Notes under the pieces: model-generated
What the model saw: the letters and a program-made list of their open reading frames with translations, nothing else
Databases searched by the model: none
What the model was told of the DNA's origin: nothing
Shown: positions 18,099-27,279 of the stretch, piece after piece
Layout: each line of letters starts with the position of its first letter
Numbering within the stretch: the first letter of the stretch is position 1
IMG/VR virus record: IMGVR_UViG_3300012685_000001
Coordinates: 49,468-113,467 of that record
Source of the DNA: a virus
DNA: 64,000 nucleotides
Direction: 5' to 3' (one strand)
Translations under genes and position numbers: made by a program

Positions 18099-18401
18099 AT
18101 GAACATCGTTTACCAGAACAAGGTGGACCACGCGTCCACTGAGTGGGTAGCATATGATGTGGATGACTTTCACATGGATGGAACTGTCATCTCGGATGCA
18201 AGTGCTCAGGCCATTGCAGCATGGTGGCACTCACCTGGCTCCCCGCTTTCAACCGTTCTCAGTACCATGGGCGCAGTCACGGAGGATATGCACATTCACG
18301 ATTTTGCTTCTCCACGTGAGTATGCAGATTCAGACTTCAACGATAAGCTTGTGTTGAATGCTCTAGAGGCCTATATTGAGACGAAGCAGGGAAAGAGGTA
18401 G
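18099..18401 (+). CDS. hypothetical early protein
   Basis: GAGG RBS before ATG 18099; promoter-like TTGCGC..TAGTGT upstream. Confidence 0.65.
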   Translation: MNIVYQNKVDHASTEWVAYDVDDFHMDGTVISDASAQAIAAWWHSPGSPLSTVLSTMGAVTEDMHIHDFASPREYADSDFNDKLVLNALEAYIETKQGKR

Positions 18402-19189
18402 ACATGTCCAGGAAGTACAGTGACAAAGAGGTTGCGGAAGTTCTCTTGCAACTTCTTGAGAATGCTGGTAACAGTGCCGAATATCCGTACTCTGGTGTAG
18501 ACCAGGTGGAATATGTCGGCCAAGGTCAGTACACTGTGCAGTTGTTCAAGGACGATCTTCATGCAGCGGCAGAATAACTGCTAGTGGGATTGCATCTGGC
18601 CAAGACATGTGCTTGACTAGGTGTTGTCTTCCTAACCAGGAAGCAAAACAGGAGGTAATACCATGACTGTTCAGCTGCACAATCGCTGGGGAATCGTTGT
18701 TGGCGCGCGTAAGGACGAGTCTCGCTGTGTGCTCTGGAGTGACGACACTTTCGAGTGGTTTGACTCTGGCCAGTTCGCTTGCCTCTTCTCCAACTGAGGG
18801 ATCATAATGATTGTTCGTCTGCTTCTTCTGCCCTTCTTCCTGGCATTTCTGCTCAGTTATGCTGTAATTGCCCTGGTAGTAGGAGGGTTCACCTGGATGT
18901 TTACAGGTGAACCGTATCACGTAGTTCTTTCCTACAAAGGCTGAGCCGTAGTTGACTGAGCTTTCTGCATAAGAATACGTAAACCTTGTGGGTTTATAGC
19001 TTATGCAGATTACTCCACCAACTAAGGGAGAAAATCAAGTGAACTGGTGGCAAGCGCTTATAGCGACATTCGGGTCATTCGGTTTTGCTGCGGCATTTGT
19101 AATATGGGCAGTATGGGTGACGCGAGACAGGTTCTAGATGCATTGCATCCTATGCACGATGTGTGTAGGGTGTTGTCCACCTAGAGACA

Positions 19190-19603
19190 ATGGGAGAAAC
19201 AGTGATTGAGCTTACTACGGAAAACGTTCTCGATGCCCTTGAAAAGGCTGTTGAGGAAAAGGGTGAGAGTTTCGTTTACTCCAATCAGGATGGCGTCTCT
19301 TCTCGCAATAAATTCGGTAGTTCTTCCGGAATCATGTGTCACTACGTGCACTGGAATGACCGTACGCCCGTCTCGGGATGCATTGCGGGAAATGTTCTGC
19401 ATCGTCTTGGTGTGTCTCTTGACACTCTGTCAGAGCATGAGAAGCGGCCGATTCGCTCCGTGCTTGAGGATTTTGAAGACGAGGGCATTGTGACGTTTGA
19501 GGATGGCTATAAGGTCACAATGATGCTGTCCCACGCTCAGGGTGCACAGGATGGCGGCAAGACTTGGGGTGACGCGCTCAAGGCCGCAAAGAACATGATC
19601 TGA
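19190..19603 (+). CDS. hypothetical, paralog family A
   Basis: 'AVEEKGESFVY..C.Y..P..GC..G.VL.RLGV..Q..QD...TWG' shared with 22025 and 41018. Confidence 0.8.
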   Translation: MGETVIELTTENVLDALEKAVEEKGESFVYSNQDGVSSRNKFGSSSGIMCHYVHWNDRTPVSGCIAGNVLHRLGVSLDTLSEHEKRPIRSVLEDFEDEGIVTFEDGYKVTMMLSHAQGAQDGGKTWGDALKAAKNMI

Positions 19604-19689
19604 GTGGTTGACTTGCATGGAGCTTAGACAAGTACTAAGCTCTGTGTTGTTCACCTAGTCAGTGGTGACCAGACCAACAGGAGTAGAAA

Positions 19690-20061
19690 ATGTATCTGAG
19701 TGCTTTCGTCAAGGATGAGAACCTCACTGTTCACTCTTCCCAGTGCTCTCATGTGCTCCGCGAATGGCGTAAGTACGGTCTGCCAGTCGTGACGATGGCT
19801 GAGTCTGAGATGGGACTCACACGTCAGCTCAAGGCCTTGAACATCAGGGTTCACAGTATCCGTGTAATGCCGTGTGCTGGACTGCCTGAGGGATTCTGGA
19901 GTCGTACCCCCGCTGGTACTCCCCTGAAGCTTCTCAGTACCCGTGAAGGTGCTCAGCGAGCCACTCAGCGGGTTAAGCGTGAGATCGCTCTGGAATGGGC
20001 TGCAAGGATCAATGACATGTCTCCGATGCTTCGTGAACTCATGGGCATGCCTCAGCAGTAA
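19690..20061 (+). CDS. hypothetical protein
   Basis: AGGAG RBS. Confidence 0.7.
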   Translation: MYLSAFVKDENLTVHSSQCSHVLREWRKYGLPVVTMAESEMGLTRQLKALNIRVHSIRVMPCAGLPEGFWSRTPAGTPLKLLSTREGAQRATQRVKREIALEWAARINDMSPMLRELMGMPQQ

Positions 20062-20324
20062 AGGAGCAATACAATGACGCACAAGAATAGCCGGAAGAAG
20101 ACTGGTCAGAAGAATGGTTTCAAGATTCTTCGCAATAAAACCACCTCGCGAGTGAGTAAGCGTGGTAATGGCTACGAGGATATCGATGAACGCTTTGTCG
20201 ACTTCTCTCGGATAAGGAATGTTTCTCCCGATTACTTCTAGACGGCTTTACTCATTCTTGGGTTGAATCCCGAGAGTGGGTATGGCAGGCTAGAGCTTGT
20301 CAGACAGAAACGAAGGGGCACAAA

Positions 20325-20600
20325 ATGACTGAGCTTGAGCTGATGGTAGCTATTGCCAACGATCCTCGTGTAGTCCAGTATCGCAAGGCTGTACAGATCA
20401 TGGACCGGAAGATGGTGTCTGTCTACGGTCCTGACTATGCGTGTGCGCCGCTCAAGGAGTCTTCTAAGGACAGTCGGCGTCGTGAGTCTCCTGTTGGTCA
20501 TACTCTGATGACTGACGCTGATTGGGCACGGTTCGAAAGCCTTCTTCGTGGTGCTGCTCTCATCCGTCAGAGTGTGCGTGAAAGCCTTATGGAGGCATAA
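20325..20600 (+). CDS. hypothetical protein
   Basis: RBS, operon context. Confidence 0.7.
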   Translation: MTELELMVAIANDPRVVQYRKAVQIMDRKMVSVYGPDYACAPLKESSKDSRRRESPVGHTLMTDADWARFESLLRGAALIRQSVRESLMEA

Positions 20601-20798
20601 ATGTTTGAGCTGAAAGTTCAGTACGAGAACGGCGGAAAGTCCTACCTTCCCGGACTCACCAGCGATTCCGTTCAATCAGTCACAAAAGCTTTCCACAGCC
20701 GAAAGCCAGTAGTTATTACTGATGACTATGGAGACTCTGTGGGAGTGGACATGTCCAAGGTAATTTACTTTACTATCTTCGCAAAGAAGGAGATTTAA
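20601..20798 (+). CDS. hypothetical protein
   Basis: GGAGG RBS. Confidence 0.7.
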   Translation: MFELKVQYENGGKSYLPGLTSDSVQSVTKAFHSRKPVVITDDYGDSVGVDMSKVIYFTIFAKKEI

Positions 20799-20802
20799 TT
20801 CA

Positions 20803-21387
20803 ATGCTGGTTCTTAAGAAGGAAGACGACGCGGCTGATCTCGATGGAGTCACTCACTTCTCTGTGGGTGTTTCCTGGGACACTACTGCTGGAAGCTCTGG
20901 TGGCCTACTGGGCAAGCTGCGACAGAAGGTTGGGACTGATCTCGACCTGATTGCCGTTGCCTGTCAGGATGGCGATCCTGTTCGTCTTGCTGGTCTGGAT
21001 TCTCTCGACCCGTTCGGTAATGGTTCTCTGATCCATTCTGGTGATAATCAATCGGGTAAGGGTGAGGGGGACGATGAGCTTGTCACTATCGACTTTGCCC
21101 GAGTTCCTTCGAATGTGGATTCCATCGTCTTTGTCGGTGCTGCCTATAAGAAGTACAGTTCTTTTGAGAATGCGAAGAACATTTCTCTCAAGGTTTATGA
21201 CGCTTCGGGTGGTTCTTCTACTCAGGTTGCCGATATTTGGCCGAGCCTACTTGCTATGGGTAATGCTATTCGGATTGCTAAGGCTTTCCGAGTTGGCAAT
21301 TCATGGCAGTTCAAGGTTCTTGACCAGCGCGGACCAGTTGAGCAGGGCAACGAGAAGTCCCTCTTGCGCTTCGCCGTTGGCACCTGA
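20803..21387 (+). CDS. terD: TerD/TerZ-family stress protein
   Basis: 'VGVSWD..DLDL', 'HSGDNQSGKGEGDDE.VTID..RVP..V..IVF', 'R.G.SW.F'. Confidence 0.88.
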   Translation: MLVLKKEDDAADLDGVTHFSVGVSWDTTAGSSGGLLGKLRQKVGTDLDLIAVACQDGDPVRLAGLDSLDPFGNGSLIHSGDNQSGKGEGDDELVTIDFARVPSNVDSIVFVGAAYKKYSSFENAKNISLKVYDASGGSSTQVADIWPSLLAMGNAIRIAKAFRVGNSWQFKVLDQRGPVEQGNEKSLLRFAVGT

Positions 21388-22024
21388 TAGTCTTCCTACA
21401 TCGCACCACAGACACAGAGAAAAGGGTTAGAACATGATCACTCTTCCCAGCATTCAGGCTCCGATCAATAACATCGTTTCTCCTCTACGTCCTCTTGTCC
21501 GTCCGGATCATCACGTGGCTGTTCGCAGGTCTCCCAAGGGAGATAAGGTGGTTTTCGGATTCATCCTGCCACTGTCAAAGAAGGCTGCAATGCAGTACGT
21601 CAAGTCAACAGGTCACATTGGGGATTACCGAGTGATTCAGCGCAAGACTGCAACGCGTGAAGGACTTTTCAGCTAGTAGCTTTTACTCGTAACTCTCTTG
21701 TATAAGACCCAAGAGAGTTGCGGGTATGAATTACTAGAAGGGAATAGAAATGCTGAAAAGAATAGGCAAGGGAATAGCCCTTCTTATAGGAATTCCTTTC
21801 TTCTTTATTCTCGCGCTTACTACTGTCGTCGGATTGTTCTGGATAGGAAGTAATCTCTGATGATTGTCGGATTCTGTGTAGGGTTCACTATCTATGTCCT
21901 GTTTCACATGTTCATTCCATGGGTGAAAAAGTTCTTGAAGTAGTGAGTTTTAATCGATATCTGGAAATAGATATCGGTTATGATTCCCTAACTGCGGAAT
22001 TATTTCTAAGAGAAAGTAATAACC

Positions 22025-22381
22025 GTGATTACTATTACTCTTGATGACGCTGTCAAGCACCTTAAGGCCGTTGTTGAGGAAAAGGGTGAGAGTTTCGTCT
22101 ATCATCCAGTAGGCAGTATTCACTGTACATATGTACAGAACGGTAAGCCTGATTGCGGTGTTGGTCATGTCCTTGACCGTATGGGCGTTGATCTGGTAAA
22201 GAACTTTGAGGACAAGAGCGCCAACAGCACCGCTATTCGTTATCTGCCTGTCTCTTCCCTGGTAGAGCCTTTCGAACTCCATGAGGACGCCAGTAAGTTT
22301 CTTCAGAATTTCCAGTCATGTCAGGATCAGCATATGACTTGGGGCGACTCTCTGAATGATGCCCTGTCCCAGTTGAACTAG
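22025..22381 (+). CDS. hypothetical, paralog family A
   Basis: See 19190. Confidence 0.8.
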   Translation: MITITLDDAVKHLKAVVEEKGESFVYHPVGSIHCTYVQNGKPDCGVGHVLDRMGVDLVKNFEDKSANSTAIRYLPVSSLVEPFELHEDASKFLQNFQSCQDQHMTWGDSLNDALSQLN

Positions 22382-22385
22382 TGGC

Positions 22386-22415
22386 TTGACAGGATGGTGG
22401 ACATCGCGCTACTGT
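22386..22415 (+). promoter_or_regulatory. sigma70-type promoter
   Basis: TTGACA-N18-TACTGT. Confidence 0.55.
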
Positions 22416-22462
22416 CCTCTCAGGTTCCTAACCAAGAGGGAACCGCACAAGGAGGAAACACA

Positions 22463-23326
22463 ATGGCTTCACGTAAGACCAGCACCGAGACTGTCAGCCC
22501 TGTTGAGGCTTTCGTAGCTCTCCAGACGTTCGAAGCTACTGAGGCCGATCCGGTTTCGAACGGTGACCTTGCCGATGATCAGAAGTGGGATCACACCGCC
22601 ACATTCAAGGCCATGGAGATCCTTGCGGATGCCGAATTGGTCGACTCGCATGGTCGCGGTCTGACTACTGAATGGTTCATCATTGCTCCTGATGTCACGG
22701 CTGAGAATGCCGAGAACGTCGCTCAGGAGGCTCTTAAGGACTTCACTCCGCCCAAGCCTGTCAAGGCTACCAAGGCCCAGCAGAACAAGGCTGAGAAGGA
22801 TGCCGAAGCTCGTGAGCGTCTGGAATACGCTACGCGTGCTGCTGAGTCTCAGGATGGTGTAATGAGCCAGGCACAGCATGAGTGGAGTACTGAGGCTCTC
22901 AAGGATCTTGACACCATGGCAAAGGGTGAGCCTCCCGTCATCATTCAGGATGTTCCGCCACTGACTGACAAGGTGGACACAACGTCTTTCAGTCTCTCTG
23001 TGGATGCCCCTAAGACTGATATTGCGATTCGGGCTTTGGCTGACAAGTTGAAGAGCCTGACTCTGCCTGACAAGGGGCTTGACCAGTTCGTTGACTCTGA
23101 GACTGGCGACATGGTGTATGAGAGTGCCATTGAGAAGAATGGCCTTAAGCTCGATGAGCCTGACAGTGTTCCTGAGGTTCCGGCTGGTGTGAATGCGAAT
23201 GTTTGGGACTTGGCTCATACGGCCATTACTCAGACTGCGCGGGATTACTGGTTGCGTGCGGCTGCGGCCGATGCTCTGTTGTATGAGGAGAACAAGGGTG
23301 TTGTCGTTCTGGGTGCTCCGCTTTAA
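22463..23326 (+). CDS. acidic early protein
   Basis: AAGGAGG RBS before ATG 22463; D/E-rich. Confidence 0.8.
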   Translation: MASRKTSTETVSPVEAFVALQTFEATEADPVSNGDLADDQKWDHTATFKAMEILADAELVDSHGRGLTTEWFIIAPDVTAENAENVAQEALKDFTPPKPVKATKAQQNKAEKDAEARERLEYATRAAESQDGVMSQAQHEWSTEALKDLDTMAKGEPPVIIQDVPPLTDKVDTTSFSLSVDAPKTDIAIRALADKLKSLTLPDKGLDQFVDSETGDMVYESAIEKNGLKLDEPDSVPEVPAGVNANVWDLAHTAITQTARDYWLRAAAADALLYEENKGVVVLGAPL

Positions 23327-23398
23327 TTAGCAGGCTTTAGGGATTCCTCAAGAAATTGGGGAGTCTCTATGGCTTTCTAATAGGAAAGGAAAAGCCAA

Positions 23399-23602
23399 AT
23401 GAAGTGTGCTCGATGCTTTCAGCCGATTCTAGCGGGCGAAGATGCTGTAAGTGATCCGTGTTGCGATGCTCCTGACTGTGAGAACTCGTTGGACTGGAGT
23501 CATTACGCCTGTCTTCCTCTCAGTCTTCAGATCATTGAGGATGATTTTCAGAATTACGATCCTTATGGTCTTGAAGATTACGACGATTACCCAGAAGACT
23601 AG
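23399..23602 (+). CDS. small Cys-rich acidic protein
   Basis: CARC..CC...C..H..C; acidic tail. Confidence 0.65.
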   Translation: MKCARCFQPILAGEDAVSDPCCDAPDCENSLDWSHYACLPLSLQIIEDDFQNYDPYGLEDYDDYPED

Positions 23603-23618
23603 CAGGTAAGCAAATACG

Positions 23619-23652
23619 AGAACCCCGTAACCAATTGGTTACGGGGTTCTTT
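23619..23652. terminator. intrinsic terminator ending the + strand early operon
   Basis: AGAACCCCGTAACCAA/TTGGTTACGGGGTTCT perfect inverted repeat, followed by TT. Confidence 0.8.
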
Positions 23653-24255
23653 GCTGTACTCCTAAAAGCTTTGAGGGGCTCTCTAACAAGATCGGTTGGA
23701 CAGGGTGGTCTCTGTGTCCACTGAGGAACTGGAAGGCTCTTAGAAGAGCGTATAGGGGCCTTACTTGGCCGCTCCGTGCTGGAACTCGTGAGTGTGGATG
23801 GCTATCGCCTGAATCTGCTTTCGTGCTGTCTCCTTGGACTGAGGATGCTTGCTGAATGTCTTGGAGGTTCCTTTATGAGCGGCCTTGTATCCACCCTTTA
23901 CTTTACGAACTTCGTACGGCACTGGCCTACTCCTTACTGGCTAGGCACGTAGAGGACTCTGAGGGGGCCGTAGAAACGTTGACAGACGGCTTAGGTGTGG
24001 AAGTGCCACTGTCACTCTTGAAGGCTGTCACAGAGACAGCTACGCCTGTTGTCAGCAGAGCTGAAAGAGCGACGTGTGTGCATGTTTTCTTGGTCCATAA
24101 TTTGATATGGGATTGGTCAATCATGAATTCTCCTGAAATAGAAATAGCTATGCCCTCCAATTCTATAAGAATCAGAGGGCATAGCTGTAATTCAGTCACA
24201 ACGAACGCAGTAACCTTGCTCGTCTAGTTTCTTGATATGGAATTTTCGATAGAAC

Positions 24256-24507
24256 TTAAGAAGAATACGAAGAGCCATCTCGCTCCTCTTCAACAGGTTG
24301 CCAGTCCCACTCATTGTAGGTAATGGACACCTTGGAATCGTAATCCAGAGTAAGCCACTTCTTGTCCCCAACGAACATAGCCTGAACAGAATAATCCCCA
24401 GCAACAAAGACAGCGTCACTCAGCGCGGTAAAATTACGCCCCAACGCATCCGTAACATCGTCACCGACACGGATCTCAGAAGGAGACTGGTCATTGTATG
24501 TAACCAT
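24256..24507 (-). CDS. hypothetical protein
   Basis: AAAGG RBS before MVTYND. Confidence 0.55.
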   Translation of the reverse strand: MVTYNDQSPSEIRVGDDVTDALGRNFTALSDAVFVAGDYSVQAMFVGDKKWLTLDYDSKVSITYNEWDWQPVEEERDGSSYSS

Positions 24508-24594
24508 GAAGGTTGTGCCTTTCTCAGTAAAGCAGACTGACCGTTTAGCCAATCATAACCGCTCCCCAATTTCTTGGGAAACGATTAAAACTGT

Positions 24595-25149
24595 CTATCC
24601 GAAGAAATAAAGATTTCCCGCGAAGGCTACAACAGAAGAACTTTCCTGCTCAGCAATTTCCTTGAGCGTCTCTTCCCAGTCAATTACCATCCAACTGGGG
24701 AATGTTTCAGTCTCCACGTAATCCGACTCATAGTAACTCTTGGAGTTTTCCCGATAAATCTTGTGGAAAACCTCAACCCACTCACGAACAATCTGCTCAT
24801 GAGTCATACCCTCAATATAGATATGCTCGTGCCAGCTGTCCACATCAGCACAGTCATTCTCCTGAATGAAAGCGCAGATGACACCAGCTTGCTGAATATC
24901 GTTGCAGAGCGTTTCGAACAGAAGAACCAGATTGGAAATATGTCCAATCTTGTGCCACATTTCCTCAATGAAATCATATCCGTCAATGAAGACAGAGACA
25001 ATCTCATAACCTCGGTCATCGCAGGCATTCAGCACATTGAGGAGAGTATCACTGTTGTGTCCGTCCTCCACAGTAATCTCATGGAAGTACCCGCCATTTT
25101 CCGTGACATCCTTCGCAACGGTAATAGTCATGCTGCGGAACTCAGACAT
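24595..25149 (-). CDS. ArdA-like antirestriction (DNA-mimic) protein
   Basis: Very acidic; C-terminal 'P.W..IDWEET..EI...V.F.G..YF' resembles ArdA domain 3. Confidence 0.5.
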   Translation of the reverse strand: MSEFRSMTITVAKDVTENGGYFHEITVEDGHNSDTLLNVLNACDDRGYEIVSVFIDGYDFIEEMWHKIGHISNLVLLFETLCNDIQQAGVICAFIQENDCADVDSWHEHIYIEGMTHEQIVREWVEVFHKIYRENSKSYYESDYVETETFPSWMVIDWEETLKEIAEQESSSVVAFAGNLYFFG

Positions 25150-25225
25150 AATATGCCTTTCATCGCTTCCCAGATTTAGGAAGACACAGAGACTCTCCCA
25201 TCTCTGGGATAATCCCTGAATCCTA

Positions 25226-25642
25226 CTAATTCTCTTCTTGCCACACCATGTGATTGAGCCACGCCATTATAACGTACATGGTTGTTGCGTCGATCGTCCA
25301 GTCAGGGTTACCACCCGAAAGCTCAAGGTCATAACCCTTCTGACGTTCCATCAGAGTCTCACGGTTGCAGTCAGAGACAAACTGCCCATACTGGGTGTGA
25401 CCTTCGAACCTGCGGTCATAGAACGCTACCACAGGAGTCTCTGAGTAGTCACCGTACAGGTACTCTCGGTACCCGTATACTACAGTGAACTTGACGCCAC
25501 GTGTCGTAGGGATGGTAAAGAACTCATCCATTTGGACAGTGCTGCAAGTATCGCGGTCACAACCAACAAGCCTACAGGGCTTTGATGCGACCAGTCTACA
25601 ACGTTCAACACTCATGATCCTTGCCTCTCTAGCGGACATCAC
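25226..25642 (-). CDS. hypothetical phage protein
   Basis: 'P.V.FYDRRF....GQFVS...ETL..L.L.GG.PDWTID' pattern. Confidence 0.65.
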   Translation of the reverse strand: MMSAREARIMSVERCRLVASKPCRLVGCDRDTCSTVQMDEFFTIPTTRGVKFTVVYGYREYLYGDYSETPVVAFYDRRFEGHTQYGQFVSDCNRETLMERQKGYDLELSGGNPDWTIDATTMYVIMAWLNHMVWQEEN

Positions 25643-25949
25643 CGACTAGGTACAAGACCTAGACGATAAAGAGCACTAGGGAAGATAGGAAAAACGGACT
25701 AGGCAACTATTACCGTTGTCCATGCTGAATTGGAATCCCTGAGAATGAAATTCATGTGCCCAGTTGTGCAACGCGCATTCCATGAACTCCTGAGAAGCGG
25801 TACAAGCCAAATTCTCTTCCAGGGCTCGAAACACGCTTTCCGGGGTATCTCCTGACAAGTATGTATCAGGGTATTCGACACCATCAGCGTCAATGTCCAT
25901 GATCAGAATCTGTGGCACTCTCTGTCCCTTCACTGTTCCGATGAGTAGA

Positions 25950-25978
25950 ACTCTAGGCGGACTGAGCCAGGCTGTCAA
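25950..25978 (-). promoter_or_regulatory. sigma70-type promoter for the leftward early genes
   Basis: TTGACA-N17-TAGAGT. Confidence 0.7.
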
Positions 25979-26268
25979 CACAGCACGTCAGAATCCTCTG
26001 AGAGGCTCAGGGAGACACAGCGGCACTCGGATGCTAGTCTCCTCCCACAATGCGTCAGACAGGCGCACAGACGTTCCTAGTGGCTATGACAGAGCTTCAC
26101 AGAAGGGGTTGCACGACATAGCCGAGTGTGGTTTGATAGAGATATCGAACGGAGCGCTTGCGCTCTAAGGCCCATGGCTGGGGCATCTCATCAGCCACCT
26201 ATGGATTCAAACCAGAGCTGCCAAAAAATAATTGCCCTGAAATGTCGGAAATAGGAGATATCAGCCAT

Positions 26269-26511
26269 ATGAGAGATATTGTGAAGGATGCCGCTATCAT
26301 CGCGGTTGTGAAGCACCTCCAGAACGACAATAGCGCATGGATGAGTGTGGGAACTTTCGTTGAGACTTATTCAGGTAGTAAGGAAGCTGCTCAGGAGGAA
26401 ATGAGATCGACATTGGCCTTCTACAATCTGACAAAGTACGAGTTTGTCAAGCGGGCCTGGAGCAATGAAGGTGACTACGAATTGATTTGGAATGATGATT
26501 ACGAGCAGTAA
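26269..26511 (+). CDS. hypothetical protein
   Basis: AGGAG RBS before ATG 26269. Confidence 0.6.
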   Translation: MRDIVKDAAIIAVVKHLQNDNSAWMSVGTFVETYSGSKEAAQEEMRSTLAFYNLTKYEFVKRAWSNEGDYELIWNDDYEQ

Positions 26512-26519
26512 AAGCATAT

Positions 26520-26562
26520 AGAAATGCCCCCGAATTCCACTTAGGTTTTCGGGGGCATTTCT
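26520..26562. terminator. bidirectional terminator
   Basis: AGAAATGCCCCCGAA..TTCGGGGGCATTTCT between convergent genes. Confidence 0.8.
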
Positions 26563-26595
26563 GTTTAGATTATATTAAGAATTCCGATTGGGTTT

Positions 26596-26868
26596 TCAGG
26601 GTAATAACTGATCCCAGTCCATGTCTTTTACTGAATGACGAGCAGCATGCAAAGCTTCAAGGAACAGATGGAGATATTCAAGTTCTTCTCCAGCAATAAC
26701 AATATCAGTCATATGATTCGGTTCGTCAATAGTAATACCGATTCTGTCCAGATCATAGGCAGAAAGAACAAGTCCTGAATCAAATTCTGCTACAAGTCCT
26801 TCCCCATGCAATAAGTCATCAACCATTGAATCGAATACATCTAATCCCTCAGACAACGCCATCACCAT
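26596..26868 (-). CDS. hypothetical acidic protein
   Basis: Operon ORF. Confidence 0.65.
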   Translation of the reverse strand: MVMALSEGLDVFDSMVDDLLHGEGLVAEFDSGLVLSAYDLDRIGITIDEPNHMTDIVIAGEELEYLHLFLEALHAARHSVKDMDWDQLLP

Positions 26869-27031
26869 AACAATTCATACAATCCACATCCTCATATCGA
26901 TCAAGACCTGTTCCAAAACATGCAGAACATTTTGTTGCCTCTTCACCCAATTCTCCTAAATATTGGAGTTCAAAGGTTTCAGCAACAAAATCAAGTTCAG
27001 TGTCATAGTCTAATTCTTCAGTTTCAGTCAT
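26849..27031 (-). CDS. small DnaJ-type Zn-finger protein
   Basis: CSACFGTG...CMNCYGDG. Confidence 0.7.
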   Translation of the reverse strand: MTETEELDYDTELDFVAETFELQYLGELGEEATKCSACFGTGLDRYEDVDCMNCYGDGVV

Positions 27032-27050
27032 TTGGTAGTTACTACTGTCC

Positions 27051-27269
27051 TTAAGGTATATAGGTAAGAAGTATAGTTTCTTTACTCCTCTGAATCTTCA
27101 GAGGAGTTCTCATTGAAGATGAAAGCCACATATTCAGAGTTGTTTCAATTGACTTGTCACTGAACATCTTCTTGAACTGCTGGGCAACTGTACGTATAGC
27201 TTCAGACTTGTCTTCTACAGGTATCTGAATAACTTGACCCTTATTGGGGGTAACAACCACAGTTGGCAT
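27051..27269 (-). CDS. hypothetical protein
   Basis: AAGGA RBS. Confidence 0.65.
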   Translation of the reverse strand: MPTVVVTPNKGQVIQIPVEDKSEAIRTVAQQFKKMFSDKSIETTLNMWLSSSMRTPLKIQRSKETILLTYIP

Positions 27270-27279
27270 AATTAATCCT

